From a virus (lineage: Duplodnaviria > Heunggongvirae > Uroviricota > Caudoviricetes): a stretch of 32,971 nt of DNA. The stretch is taken from the IMG/VR virus record IMGVR_UViG_2563366843_000007; one strand, written 5' to 3'. Made by a program: the position numbers and the translations under genes. The notes beneath the pieces were generated by a model that did not search any database, was not told the DNA's origin, and saw only the letters and a list, made by a program, of their open reading frames with translations. Below are positions 15,499 to 25,176 of the stretch, in pieces. Numbering within the stretch: position 1 is the first letter of the stretch; every line of letters starts with the position of its first letter.

Positions 15499-15962
15499 GC
15501 AGAGTTACCGCGATTATCTCCACACTGGTTATCTGCATCATCGTCTGCCTGTCGTTGGCTGTTAATCATTACCGTGATAACGCCATCTCCTACAAAGAGC
15601 AGCGTGACAAAAACGCCAGAGAGTTGAAGCTGGCGAACGCCACCATCGCTGACATGCAGCAGCGTCAGCGTGATGTTGCTGTGCTAGATGCAAAGTACTC
15701 GAGAGAATTAGCCAATGCGAAAGCTGAAAATGAAACTCTGCGCGCTGATGTTGCCGCTGGTCGTAAGCGCCTGCGGGTCAATGCCAGTTGCTCCGCAGCC
15801 GTGCGTGAAGCCACCGGACCCACCCGCGTGGATAATGCAACCAGCCCCCGACTGGCAGACACCGCTGAACGGGATTATTTCACCCTCAGAGAACGGCTGA
15901 TGACAATGCAAAAGCAACTGGAAGGGGCGCAGGAGTATATCCGCACTCAGTGCATTAAGTAG
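15495..15962 (+). CDS. Spanin inner-membrane subunit Rz
   Basis: [20 protein letters not shown]... N-terminal transmembrane segment plus coiled coil, closely resembling lambda Rz as I recall it; start overlaps the endolysin stop (ATGA). Confidence 0.85.
   Translation: MSRVTAIISTLVICIIVCLSLAVNHYRDNAISYKEQRDKNARELKLANATIADMQQRQRDVAVLDAKYSRELANAKAENETLRADVAAGRKRLRVNASCSAAVREATGPTRVDNATSPRLADTAERDYFTLRERLMTMQKQLEGAQEYIRTQCIK
15715..15900 (+). CDS. Spanin outer-membrane lipoprotein Rz1, embedded in Rz in the +1 frame
   Basis: Lipobox LPLVVSAC followed by a Pro-rich segment ([30 protein letters not shown]) resembling lambda Rz1. Confidence 0.8.
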   Translation: MRKLKMKLCALMLPLVVSACGSMPVAPQPCVKPPDPPAWIMQPAPDWQTPLNGIISPSENG

Positions 15963-16004
15963 CCTTTTTATCGTGGTAAACATTTCGCAGGGTATGAGGT
16001 ATTT

Positions 16005-16355
16005 ATGCCATCACTAATTCCACGTGCCTGCCGTAAGCGTGGATGTGCAGGTACAACCACAGACAGTTCTGGTTACTGCGATAAACATCGTGGTGAAGGA
16101 TGGGTACAGCATCAACGCGGACTGAGTCGCCACCAGCGTGGCTATGGCTCGAAATGGGATGCCATACGTGCGCGCATACTGAAGCGTGATAATCATCTGT
16201 GTCAGAACTGCCTGCGCAATGGGAGAGCCGTTGAAGCCAGAACTGTGGACCACATCATTCCGAAAGCTCATGGTGGCACGGATGCAGACAGTAACCTGCA
16301 GAGTCTGTGCTGGCCCTGTCATAAAGCAAAAACAGCGCGCGAACGCATCAATTGA
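16005..16355 (+). CDS. HNH endonuclease (terminase-associated)
   Basis: 116-aa ORF with HNH motif (CQNC...DHIIPKAHGG...N...CWPCH) immediately upstream of the terminase genes. Confidence 0.8.
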   Translation: MPSLIPRACRKRGCAGTTTDSSGYCDKHRGEGWVQHQRGLSRHQRGYGSKWDAIRARILKRDNHLCQNCLRNGRAVEARTVDHIIPKAHGGTDADSNLQSLCWPCHKAKTARERIN

Positions 16356-16503
16356 TAACAGTTCCCATCTGTAGGGGAGGGGCGGGTCAAATCTCTGCAG
16401 CCCTGGCTGCTCAGTACCGCCGCCTGACCTTTCCTCGCATCGCCGCAGGTTCGAAAACTTTTTTTTGGGAATGTGATTAAATGATTGATAGGTAAAACCG
16501 ATT

Positions 16504-16986
16504 ATGTCAGGACCCCCGAAAACCCCGCCACGCCTGCATTTGATACGAGGCAACCCCTCAAAGCGCCCCGTTAAAGACCCAAAAAAAACCGCTAAAAAGG
16601 ATGAAAAAGGTCTCCCTAAAATTCCGCAACATTTAGGGTCGCAGGGGAAGTACTGGTTCAGGCGAATGGCGGAAGAACTGAATGCGGAAGGGATCATTTC
16701 TCAGCTTGATGCGCGTGCACTCGAGTTACTGGTGGAAGCCTACACCGAATATCGGCATCACTGCGAAACACTCGATGTTGAGGGGTATACCTACCGCACG
16801 GAAACGCAGAGCGGTGATGTACTGATTAAGGCGCACCCCGCGGCGGCAATGAAAGCGGATGCCTGGAAGCGGATCCGGGCAATGCTTGCAGAGTTTGGTA
16901 TGTCACCGGCAAGCCGGGCGAAAGTAAATATCGCCGGACCGGATGATGTTGATCCGCTGGCAGAGCTTTTAAAAGCGAGAGACTGA
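16504..16986 (+). CDS. Terminase small subunit (P27 family)
   Basis: 160-aa ORF with basic N-terminus and P27-family-like core; stop overlaps the TerL start (TGATG). Confidence 0.8.
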   Translation: MSGPPKTPPRLHLIRGNPSKRPVKDPKKTAKKDEKGLPKIPQHLGSQGKYWFRRMAEELNAEGIISQLDARALELLVEAYTEYRHHCETLDVEGYTYRTETQSGDVLIKAHPAAAMKADAWKRIRAMLAEFGMSPASRAKVNIAGPDDVDPLAELLKARD

Positions 16987-18743
16987 TGGCAAAAGTGGCT
17001 GACGGGATCCGCTACGCCGAACGTGTTGTTGCAGGAGAAATTGTCGCTGGCGAATTTGTCCGTCTGGCCTGCCAGCGTTTTCTTGATGATCTGAAGTACG
17101 GCGAAGAGCGGGGGATTTATTTCAGTGAACCCCGTGCGCAGCACATCCTGAATTTCTACAAATTTGTGCCTCATGTAAAAGGGGCGCTGGCAGGCCAGCC
17201 CATTGAGTTGATGGACTGGCATGTATTTATCCTCATTAATATTTTTGGTTTTGTCATTCCGCTGGTGAATGAAGAGACCGGGGAAGTTGTCATGCGCAGC
17301 GATGGCAGCGGACGTCCGGTGATGGTGCGCCGGTTCCGGACGGCGTACAACGAAGTCGCCCGTAAAAACGCAAAATCAACTCTGTCATCGGGTATCGGCC
17401 TGTATATGACGGGGGCAGATGGTGAAGGTGGAGCTGAGGTGTATTCAGCCGCAACCACGCGTGACCAGGCCAGAATCGTGTTTGAAGACGCCAAAAATAT
17501 GGTCAGAAAAGCCCGGTCGACACTCGGGCGGTTATTTGATTTCAACAAGCTGGCGATCTACCAGGAGCAGAGCGCATCAAAATTTGAACCGCTTTCCTCG
17601 GATGCAAACAACCTGGACGGTCTGAACATCCACTGCGCCATTATTGATGAGCTGCATGCACATAAAACCCGTGACGTGTGGGACGTTCTGGAAACGGCAA
17701 CCGGTGCCCGTCTGCAGTCCCTTTTATTTGGTATCACCACGGCAGGGTTTAACAAGGAAGGGATTTGTTACGAGCAGCGTGATTACGCCATTAAGGTATT
17801 GCGTGGCTATAACAGTGACGTGGAGGGCGCGGTAAAAGACGACTCTTACTTTGCGATCATTTACACGCTCGATGAGGGAGATGATCCGTTTGATGAAACG
17901 GTCTGGCAGAAAGCGAATCCCGGCCTGGGCATCTGTAAACGCTGGGATGATCTGCGTCGTCTGGCGAAAAAGGCGAAGGAGCAGGTCTCGGCGCGGGTGA
18001 ATTTTTTCACAAAACACATGAATGTGTGGGTAACAGCAGAGTCTGCCTGGATGGACATGATTAAGTGGGAGAAGTGCGAATACATTGCCCCACGACATGA
18101 GCTGAAAACGTATCCCATGTGGGTCGGCGTTGACCTTGCTCATAAGATTGATATCTGTGCGGCGGCAAAACTCTGGCGAACGGATAACGGGCATGTTCAT
18201 GCCGATTTTAAATTCTGGCTTCCGGAAGGACGGCTGGAACGATGCTCGCGGCAGCAGGCAGAACTTTACCGGAAGTGGGCGGAGATGGATAAGCTGATTC
18301 TGACGGATGGTGATGTTATCGATCATGCTCAGATAAAAAGTGACTTACTGGAATGGATTGGTGGTGAAAACCTCAGGGAGCTGGGATTTGACCCGTGGAG
18401 CGCGATGCAGTTCAGCCTGGCACTGGCTGAAGAAGGGATACCGCTGGTGGAGGTTCCGCAGACGGTTCGCAATCTGTCAGAGGCCATGAAGGAAACGGAA
18501 TCACTGGTCTATGCCGGGCGTTTCCATCACAGCAATCATCCGGTCATGAACTGGATGATGTCTAACGTTACGGTAAAACCGGACAAAAACGACAATATCT
18601 TCCCGAATAAATCCACGCCGGAAGCCAAAATCGACGGCCCTGTTGCGATGTTTACAGCAATGAGCCGGATGCTGGTCAATGGTGGTGAACCGGAGCCGGA
18701 TCTGTCTGAACATCTGGTCAGCGTGGGCATCCGCTCGCTTTAA
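16986..18743 (+). CDS. Terminase large subunit
   Basis: 585-aa ORF in the canonical position with ATPase/nuclease architecture of HK97-type large terminases. Confidence 0.9.
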   Translation: MAKVADGIRYAERVVAGEIVAGEFVRLACQRFLDDLKYGEERGIYFSEPRAQHILNFYKFVPHVKGALAGQPIELMDWHVFILINIFGFVIPLVNEETGEVVMRSDGSGRPVMVRRFRTAYNEVARKNAKSTLSSGIGLYMTGADGEGGAEVYSAATTRDQARIVFEDAKNMVRKARSTLGRLFDFNKLAIYQEQSASKFEPLSSDANNLDGLNIHCAIIDELHAHKTRDVWDVLETATGARLQSLLFGITTAGFNKEGICYEQRDYAIKVLRGYNSDVEGAVKDDSYFAIIYTLDEGDDPFDETVWQKANPGLGICKRWDDLRRLAKKAKEQVSARVNFFTKHMNVWVTAESAWMDMIKWEKCEYIAPRHELKTYPMWVGVDLAHKIDICAAAKLWRTDNGHVHADFKFWLPEGRLERCSRQQAELYRKWAEMDKLILTDGDVIDHAQIKSDLLEWIGGENLRELGFDPWSAMQFSLALAEEGIPLVEVPQTVRNLSEAMKETESLVYAGRFHHSNHPVMNWMMSNVTVKPDKNDNIFPNKSTPEAKIDGPVAMFTAMSRMLVNGGEPEPDLSEHLVSVGIRSL

Positions 18744-18754
18744 CCGAGGTCATT

Positions 18755-18937
18755 ATGTTTCTGATAATTCTCGCACCACTGGTGGGCGTGCTGGGTGCGC
18801 TTTTGCTGGCGTATGGTGCCTGGCTGATTTATCCCCCGGCGGGTTTTGTTGTTGCCGGGGGGCTGTGCCTGTTCTGGTCGTGGCTGGTGGCGCGATATCT
18901 CGACCGTACACAGCCGTCTGTCGGCGGAGGTAAATAG
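18755..18937 (+). CDS. Small membrane protein (60 aa)
   Basis: Two hydrophobic segments ([40 protein letters not shown]); stop overlaps the portal start. Confidence 0.4.
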   Translation: MFLIILAPLVGVLGALLLAYGAWLIYPPAGFVVAGGLCLFWSWLVARYLDRTQPSVGGGK

Positions 18938-20178
18938 TGTTCTTTTCGGGATTATTTCAACGAAAAAGTGACGCGCCGGTGACCACGCCAGCAGAGCTGG
19001 CGGATGCTATCGGGCTGTCATATGACACCTATACCGGAAAGCAGATCAGCAGCCAGCGGGCCATGCGACTGACGGCGGTTTTTTCCTGCGTCAGGGTGTT
19101 GGCAGAGTCGGTCGGGATGTTGCCCTGCAATCTGTATCACCTGAACGGCAGCCTGAAACAGAGAGCCACCGACGAACGTCTGCATAAGCTGATCTCCACG
19201 CATCCCAATGGCTATATGACGCCGCAGGAGTTCTGGGAGCTGGTGGTCACCTGTCTGTGCCTGCGGGGAAACTTTTACGCCTACAAAGTGAAAGCATTTG
19301 GCGAAGTGGCTGAAGTGCTGCCCGTCGATCCCGGCTGTGTGGTACCGAAGCTTAACAGTAGCTGGGAACCGGTCTATCAGGTCACATTCCCGGACGGCTC
19401 CACGGATGTGCTGACCCAGGAGGATATCTGGCATGTGCGCACGCTGACGCTGGACGGTCTGGTGGGACTGAATCCCATCGCCTATGCCCGCGAGGCAATA
19501 TCGCTGGCAGCTGCGACCGAAGAGCACGGGGCCAGGCTGTTCAGCAATGGTGCGGTGACGTCCGGTGTGTTGCGTACTGAACAGACGCTGTCGGATCAGG
19601 CTTATGAGCGCCTGAAGAAAGATTTTGAGGAGCGTCACACCGGGCTTGGTAATGCTCACCGCCCGATGATCCTTGAGATGGGGCTGGACTGGAAGTCGAT
19701 GGCGCTGAACGCCGAGGACAGCCAGTTCCTGGAAACCCGCAAGTTTCAGCTTGAAGAAATCTGTCGTCTGTTCCGGGTACCGTTGCACATGGTACAGAAC
19801 ACCGATCGCGCCACCTTCAACAATATCGAAGAACTGGGGCTCGGATTTATCAACTATTCACTGGTGCCGTATCTGACCCGCATCGAACAGCGGATCAACA
19901 CCGGACTGGTACGAAAAAGTAAGCAGGGCGTTTATTACGCCAAATTTAACGCCGGGGCGTTACTGCGCGGGGATATGAAGTCCCGTTTTGAAGCCTACGC
20001 CACCGGGATTAACTGGGGAATTTACTCTCCCAATGACTGCCGCGACCTGGAAGATATGAATCCACGTCCCGGTGGGGATGTCTATCTCACACCGATGAAC
20101 ATGACCACGAAACCCTCCGATGGCAGTAAAGCCGGCAAGCAGAAGGATAACGCCAATGCAGACGAAACAACGTCTTGA
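18937..20178 (+). CDS. Portal protein (HK97 family)
   Basis: 413-aa ORF, GTG start with GGAGGT Shine-Dalgarno; canonical position between terminase and prohead protease. Confidence 0.9.
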   Translation: MFFSGLFQRKSDAPVTTPAELADAIGLSYDTYTGKQISSQRAMRLTAVFSCVRVLAESVGMLPCNLYHLNGSLKQRATDERLHKLISTHPNGYMTPQEFWELVVTCLCLRGNFYAYKVKAFGEVAEVLPVDPGCVVPKLNSSWEPVYQVTFPDGSTDVLTQEDIWHVRTLTLDGLVGLNPIAYAREAISLAAATEEHGARLFSNGAVTSGVLRTEQTLSDQAYERLKKDFEERHTGLGNAHRPMILEMGLDWKSMALNAEDSQFLETRKFQLEEICRLFRVPLHMVQNTDRATFNNIEELGLGFINYSLVPYLTRIEQRINTGLVRKSKQGVYYAKFNAGALLRGDMKSRFEAYATGINWGIYSPNDCRDLEDMNPRPGGDVYLTPMNMTTKPSDGSKAGKQKDNANADETTS

Positions 20179-20806
20179 TGTACCGCTGAGTCTGAAATCT
20201 GTCAGTGACTCCGGTGAGTTTGAAGGGTATGGCTCCGTCTTTGGTGTAAAGGACAGCCACGATGATGTGGTGATGTCCGGGGCATTTGCTGCTTCCCTGC
20301 GGGCGTGGAGTGACAGAAAAGCGTTACCTGCGCTGCTCTGGCAGCACCGCATGGATGAACCCATCGGTGTTTACACCGAAATGAAGGAAGACGATGTCGG
20401 GCTTTACGTCAGGGGACGGTTGCTTATTGATGATGATCCCCTCGCAAAACGCGCACATGCACACATGAAGGCCGGTTCGTTAACCGGCCTTTCTATTGGG
20501 TACGTCCTGAAAGACTGGGAATACGACCGGAGCAAAGAAGCCTTTCTGCTGAAAGAAATCGACCTCTGGGAAGTCAGCCTGGTGACGTTCCCGTCTAACG
20601 ACGAGGCGCGGATCAGCGACGTCAAGAACGCACTGGCCCGCGGGGAAATCCCCGAACAGAAAAAAATCGAAAGAGTCCTGCGTGATGTCGGACTCTCCCG
20701 TACCCAGGCCAAAGCATTCATGGCCGGGGGCTATGGCGCACTGTCCCTGCGCGACGCTGAGGATGTGGGCTTTGCACTGAATGCACTGAAAAATCTGAAC
20801 TTCTAA
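20156..20806 (+). CDS. Prohead maturation protease (HK97 family)
   Basis: Start at the ATG preceded by AAGGA (MQTKQRLDV...), overlapping the portal end by 23 nt; the longest ORF starts at 20120. Confidence 0.85.
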   Translation: MQTKQRLDVPLSLKSVSDSGEFEGYGSVFGVKDSHDDVVMSGAFAASLRAWSDRKALPALLWQHRMDEPIGVYTEMKEDDVGLYVRGRLLIDDDPLAKRAHAHMKAGSLTGLSIGYVLKDWEYDRSKEAFLLKEIDLWEVSLVTFPSNDEARISDVKNALARGEIPEQKKIERVLRDVGLSRTQAKAFMAGGYGALSLRDAEDVGFALNALKNLNF

Positions 20807-20820
20807 TCAGGAGAAATACG

Positions 20821-22026
20821 ATGGCGGTTGATATTAAAGATGTCGAACAGGTCGCGCAGGAGCTGCAGCAGAAGTTTGACGACTTCAAAGCAAAGAACGA
20901 CAAGCGCGTGGATGCGATTGAGCAGGAAAAAGGCAAACTTGCCGGGCAGGTGGAAACCCTGAACGGGAAACTCAGCGAGCTGGAAAACCTCAAAAGCGAT
21001 CTTGAAAAAGAGCTGCTTGAGCTGAAACGTCCGGCAGGTGGTGCGCAAAATAAACTGGCCACCGAGCATAAAGAAGCGTTTGTGGGCTTCCTGCGTAAAG
21101 GCCGTGAAGATGGTCTGCGCGATCTGGAGCGCAAGGCATTACAGGTGGGCACCGATGAAGACGGCGGCTATGCCGTGCCGGAAGCACTGGATCGCAACAT
21201 TCTCACCCTGCTGAAAGATGAAGTGGTGATGCGCCAGGAAGCCACGGTGATCACCGTTGGTGGTTCCGACTACAAAAAACTGGTGAATCTGGGCGGCACG
21301 GCTTCCGGATGGGTTGGCGAGACTGACGCGCGCTCCCAGACTGCCACCTCAAAACTGGGCCTGATTGAACCTTTCATGGGGGAAATCTACGGTAACCCGC
21401 AGGCCACCCAGAAAATGCTGGATGATGCCTTTTTCAACGTGGAGGCCTGGATCAACAGCGAGCTGGCAACCGAATTTGCCGAACAGGAAGAAATTGCCTT
21501 TACCACCGGCGATGGTACCAAGAAGCCGAAAGGGTTCCTGGCGTATGAATCCACTGATGAAACCGATAAGGTCCGGGCGTTCGGCAAACTTCAGCATATT
21601 GTATCCGGCGAAGCGACGGCGGTGACCGCAGACGCCATTATCAAACTGATTTACACGCTGCGTAAGGCACACCGCACTGGCGCGAAGTTCATGATGAACA
21701 ACAACAGCCTGTTTGCCATCCGTCTGCTTAAAGACAGCGAGGGTAACTATCTGTGGCGTCCGGGGCTGGAACTGGGGCAGCCGTCCTCTCTGGCGGGTTA
21801 CGGTATCGCTGAAAACGAACAGATGCCGGATATCGCCGCTGATGCGAAAGCCATTGCATTTGGTAACTTCAAACGGGGTTACACCATCGTTGACCGTATC
21901 GGCACCCGCATTCTGCGTGACCCGTACACCAATAAACCGTTTGTCGGTTTTTATACCACCAAGCGCACCGGCGGGATGCTGGTCGATTCGCAGGCCATCA
22001 AACTGCTGAAGATTGCAGCGGCGTAA
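20821..22026 (+). CDS. Major capsid protein (HK97 fold) with N-terminal coiled-coil delta domain
   Basis: 401-aa ORF with AGGAG Shine-Dalgarno; N-terminal ~100 aa coiled coil followed by an HK97-like capsid domain. Confidence 0.9.
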   Translation: MAVDIKDVEQVAQELQQKFDDFKAKNDKRVDAIEQEKGKLAGQVETLNGKLSELENLKSDLEKELLELKRPAGGAQNKLATEHKEAFVGFLRKGREDGLRDLERKALQVGTDEDGGYAVPEALDRNILTLLKDEVVMRQEATVITVGGSDYKKLVNLGGTASGWVGETDARSQTATSKLGLIEPFMGEIYGNPQATQKMLDDAFFNVEAWINSELATEFAEQEEIAFTTGDGTKKPKGFLAYESTDETDKVRAFGKLQHIVSGEATAVTADAIIKLIYTLRKAHRTGAKFMMNNNSLFAIRLLKDSEGNYLWRPGLELGQPSSLAGYGIAENEQMPDIAADAKAIAFGNFKRGYTIVDRIGTRILRDPYTNKPFVGFYTTKRTGGMLVDSQAIKLLKIAAA

Positions 22027-22032
22027 TCACTC

Positions 22033-22060
22033 AGGGGCGCGGAACCGCGCCCCCTGTTCT
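22033..22060 (+). terminator. GC-rich hairpin, possible partial terminator after the capsid gene
   Basis: AGGGGCGCGG / CCGCGCCCCT inverted repeat followed by GUUCUG, a weak U-tract. Confidence 0.4.
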
Positions 22061-22075
22061 GACGGGTGAAGAATC

Positions 22076-22264
22076 ATGATCCTGAAACAAGATCTGAAAT
22101 GGTCACCGGACGGTATGCGTGTTGAGATCATTCGGGCCGGTGAGTATGAAGATAAAGAATTACCCGAACGGGTACGCGAAATTGCCACTGCAGCTGGGAT
22201 TGTCTCTGATAAGAGAACACCTGTTGCGCGGGGGGCTGATAAGTCTAAAAAACAGCATTCATAG
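22076..22264 (+). CDS. Hypothetical small protein (62 aa)
   Basis: ORF between the capsid and head-tail connector genes; weak ribosome-binding site. Confidence 0.4.
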   Translation: MILKQDLKWSPDGMRVEIIRAGEYEDKELPERVREIATAAGIVSDKRTPVARGADKSKKQHS

Positions 22265-22275
22265 AGGTTGCCCAA

Positions 22276-22581
22276 ATGATGCCCACTCTGGAAGAGCTTC
22301 GTGTTCAGTGCCGGATTGATGATGACAATGAACAGGAGAATTCTCTTCTTATGATGTATCTGGATGCTGCCAGGGAAGAGGCTGAAAAGTTTTTAAACCG
22401 GACGCTTTACGATGAAACTGTTTCTGAGCAGGATACGACCGGGCTTGTAATAACACCTCTGATAAAACTGCGTCTTATGCAACTGGTTGGCTACTGGTAC
22501 GAGAACAGGGAAATGCAGGATGCAGTGCCTGATTTTTTCTATACCGGACTGCGGATGTATCGGCTTCATCCCGGAACATAG
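22276..22581 (+). CDS. Head-tail connector protein (gp6-like)
   Basis: 101-aa ORF with AGAGG Shine-Dalgarno in the canonical position. Confidence 0.7.
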   Translation: MMPTLEELRVQCRIDDDNEQENSLLMMYLDAAREEAEKFLNRTLYDETVSEQDTTGLVITPLIKLRLMQLVGYWYENREMQDAVPDFFYTGLRMYRLHPGT

Positions 22582-22589
22582 GAGGATTC

Positions 22590-22928
22590 ATGCAGGCAGG
22601 AAGATTACGTGATCGTGTGGTTATTCTGAATGCCACCACCGTTCGGTCTCCGTCAGGGCACCCTGTGGAAACAATGACGGAGGGGGCAACCATATGGGCA
22701 GAAGTTAAGGGAATCAGTGGCAGGGAGAGAATATCCGGAGGTGCAGAAACTGCTCAGGCTACAGTGAAGGTCTGGATGAGATTCCGGCGAGATGTGACAG
22801 CAACTTCATGTCTGAAAGTGCTGACTGGTGCATTCAAAGGCGCGATTCTGAGTATAGACGGTCCGCCGATACCGGATGCCCGTGCCACACGGCTTGAGAT
22901 ACTCTGTTCTCAGAAGGGGAATGTGTGA
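22590..22928 (+). CDS. Head-tail adaptor / head closure protein
   Basis: 112-aa ORF with AGGAGG Shine-Dalgarno; canonical position and size. Confidence 0.7.
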   Translation: MQAGRLRDRVVILNATTVRSPSGHPVETMTEGATIWAEVKGISGRERISGGAETAQATVKVWMRFRRDVTATSCLKVLTGAFKGAILSIDGPPIPDARATRLEILCSQKGNV

Positions 22929-23374
22929 TGGATTTCAGTCTTGATTTTTCAGGTCTGGCGGATATTGCACGGGATCTGGAGACGCTCAGCAGGGCAGAAA
23001 ACAATAAGGTACTGCGCGATGCCACCCGTGCCGGTGCTGAAGTTATGCGGGATGCAGTTGTTGAACGTGCGCCGGAGCGAACCGGGAAACTGAAGAAAAA
23101 TGTGGTTGTTCTCACTCAGCGTTCAAAGCGTCGGGGGGAAATTATCTCGGGTGTCCACATTCGTGGACGGAACCTGCGAACCGGGAACAGTGATAACAGC
23201 ATGAAAGCCAGTGATCCCCGAAATGCGTTTTACTGGCGCTTTGTGGAGCTGGGAACGGTAAACATGCCCGCGCATCCGTTCATTCGCCCGGCTTTCGATA
23301 CGACAGAGGAACTGGCAGCACAGATTGCCATACAGCGAATGAATCAGGCTATTGATGAGGTCTTAAGTAAATGA
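22928..23374 (+). CDS. Tail component protein (HK97 gp10-like)
   Basis: ATG overlapping the upstream stop (TGATG); the longest ORF starts one codon earlier at GTG 22925. Confidence 0.7.
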   Translation: MDFSLDFSGLADIARDLETLSRAENNKVLRDATRAGAEVMRDAVVERAPERTGKLKKNVVVLTQRSKRRGEIISGVHIRGRNLRTGNSDNSMKASDPRNAFYWRFVELGTVNMPAHPFIRPAFDTTEELAAQIAIQRMNQAIDEVLSK

Positions 23375-23715
23375 GAGAGACCACACTGTATTCCCTGCTG
23401 TCTCAACTGGCCGGAGGACAGGTTTATCCTTATGTGGTCCCGCTGACGGAGGGAAAGCCTGCGGTATCTCCGCCATGGCTGGTATTTTCTGTGGTGTCTG
23501 ACACGGCGTCTGATGTGCTTGATGGTCAGGCTGAATCCAGAATTACCGTGCAGATCGATGTCTGGGCAACAGTACCTGATGACGCAGATGATATCCGTGA
23601 GCAGGCGCTTGATGCGGTAAGAAAACTGGCACCCTCCGTTATTTCTAAAACGCAGGGTTATGATCCTGACTCCCGTCTGAGCAGAGCCACGCTTGAATTC
23701 CAGGTAATAGCCTGA
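23371..23715 (+). CDS. Tail completion / tail terminator protein
   Basis: 114-aa ORF, ATGA overlap with the upstream gene, directly before the major tail protein gene. Confidence 0.65.
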   Translation: MRETTLYSLLSQLAGGQVYPYVVPLTEGKPAVSPPWLVFSVVSDTASDVLDGQAESRITVQIDVWATVPDDADDIREQALDAVRKLAPSVISKTQGYDPDSRLSRATLEFQVIA

Positions 23716-23735
23716 GGTCATTAATGATTTTACCC

Positions 23736-23759
23736 ACCCGCCGCTGGCGGGTTTTTTTA
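23736..23759 (+). terminator. Rho-independent terminator-like hairpin upstream of the major tail protein gene
   Basis: CCCGC-CGCUG-GCGGG followed by UUUUUUU. Confidence 0.6.
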
Positions 23760-23775
23760 TTTTCAGGAGACGAGT

Positions 23776-24480
23776 ATGTCCTCTAATTTTGAGCGTTCGC
23801 AACTGACGAAAATTATGATTTCGTCTGCACCGGTAACAGCAGAAACCCTGGATTCTGCCAGCTATCTTGGCCTGAGCTGTACAATCAAAGAGGTGCAGTT
23901 TACCGCAGGACAAAAGCAGGATATTGATGTCACCACGCTGTGTTCTGTTGAGCAGGAAAATATTAACGGTCTTGGTGCCGCGTCAGAGATTTCCATGTCA
24001 GGCAACTTTTACCTCAATGCTGCCCAGAACGCGTTGCGCAGTGCCTATGACAATGACACCACGTATGGCTTTAAAGTTATTTTTCCGTCAGGCAACGGAT
24101 TTACCTTTATGGCAGAGGTGCGTCAGCATACCTGGTCTGCAGGAACCAATGGTGTTGTGGCTGCAACGTTTTCCCTGCGTCTGAAAGGTAAACCTGTGCT
24201 GACGACAGTTCCGCTGAAAGTGAAGGTTGATTTAAACAGCACGCTGCAGGTTGCTTCCGGTTCGAAACTCGAAATGGTGGTTGAGGCTGCCGGTGGTGTG
24301 CCGCCTTATTCTTATGTCTGGAAGAAAGGTGGTTCTCCTGTTTCCGGACAGACGGCGGCAACGTTCAGTAAGGCATCAGCAGCATCCGGTGATGCCGGTG
24401 CGTATACCTGCGAGATTTCTGATTCAGCAAGCCCGGTTAACAAGGTGACCTCCACTTCCTGCACTGTTACCGTCAGTTAA
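23776..24480 (+). CDS. Major tail (tube) protein with C-terminal Ig-like domain
   Basis: 234-aa ORF with AGGAG Shine-Dalgarno; C-terminal ~90 aa is beta-rich and Ig-like (PYSYVWKKGG...YTCEISD). Confidence 0.8.
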   Translation: MSSNFERSQLTKIMISSAPVTAETLDSASYLGLSCTIKEVQFTAGQKQDIDVTTLCSVEQENINGLGAASEISMSGNFYLNAAQNALRSAYDNDTTYGFKVIFPSGNGFTFMAEVRQHTWSAGTNGVVAATFSLRLKGKPVLTTVPLKVKVDLNSTLQVASGSKLEMVVEAAGGVPPYSYVWKKGGSPVSGQTAATFSKASAASGDAGAYTCEISDSASPVNKVTSTSCTVTVS

Positions 24481-24866
24481 TGAGGATAGATGTGATGACT
24501 AAAAATATCCGTAATCTGGCACTGGCAACGATGTCGGGGTTTCGCCATAAAACTGTTGATGTGCCTGAATGGGAAGGGGCAACGGTTGTATTACGGGAAC
24601 CTTCTGCAGAAGCCTGGTTGCGCTGGCAGGAGATCGTTAAAGCAAAAGATGATGAGACACCGTTATCCGTTGCTGAGCGCGCCCGCCGAAATCTGGAGGC
24701 AGATGTTGAACTGTTCATTGATGTTCTGTGTGATACCGGACTGCAACCCGTATTTTCAGAGGATGATCGTGAACAGGTGATTGCCGTGTATGGCCCGGTG
24801 CATGCGCGGCTTCTTCGGCAGTCTCTGGAACTGATCAGTGATGCCGGCGAGGTTAAAAAAAAGTAG
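24480..24866 (+). CDS. Tail assembly chaperone (lambda G-like)
   Basis: 128-aa acidic protein ending at the A AAA AAG slippery site followed by TAG. Confidence 0.8.
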   Translation: MRIDVMTKNIRNLALATMSGFRHKTVDVPEWEGATVVLREPSAEAWLRWQEIVKAKDDETPLSVAERARRNLEADVELFIDVLCDTGLQPVFSEDDREQVIAVYGPVHARLLRQSLELISDAGEVKKK

Positions 24867-25168
24867 CGCTTCCGGGGATGCGTTTTCTGATGATGCTGGC
24901 GCTCAGGATGGGGCGCACATTGTCAGAGTTACGTCGGGAAATGTCCGCATCAGAAATCATGATGTGGGCAGAATTTGACAGGTTCAGCCCGCTGGGTGAC
25001 GAGCGGGCTGATATCCGGGCTGCCCAGATAGTTTCTGCGGTTTACGGTGCGCAGGGTGTCAAAGTACCACTGAATGATGCGCTTCTTCAGTGGGAACAAG
25101 AGCAGACAGAAGGCGTCTCAGATCCATTTGCCGGACTGGAAAACGCGCTTTTAATAGTCTCTCAGTGA
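24857..25168 (+). CDS. Tail assembly chaperone frameshift extension (lambda GT-like; made only as a fusion with G by -1 frameshifting)
   Basis: The -1 frame is open from 24857 to 25168, starting exactly at the slippery heptamer A AAA AAG (24857-24863), immediately upstream of the tape-measure gene. Confidence 0.7.
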   Translation, partial: KKVALPGMRFLMMLALRMGRTLSELRREMSASEIMMWAEFDRFSPLGDERADIRAAQIVSAVYGAQGVKVPLNDALLQWEQEQTEGVSDPFAGLENALLIVSQ

Positions 25169-25176
25169 GTCAACAT

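Noticed and set aside
16456-16470. GGTTCGAA motif resembling a tRNA T-loop
   Set aside because: No flanking acceptor or T-stem complementarity and no cloverleaf can be drawn; no tRNA was found anywhere in the window.
16014-18326. Minus-strand ORFs (16014-16697, 17171-17548, 17724-18326) opposite the HNH and terminase genes
   Set aside because: Antisense shadow ORFs overlapping strongly supported plus-strand genes; no start-site support.
19018-19788. 256-aa minus-strand ORF antisense to the portal gene
   Set aside because: Fully embedded opposite a well-supported portal gene in GC-rich sequence, with no ribosome-binding site or family signature; a typical shadow ORF.
20718-21152. 144-aa minus-strand Ser/Arg-rich ORF spanning the protease/capsid junction
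   Set aside because: Antisense to two well-supported structural genes; low-complexity composition; no ribosome-binding site.
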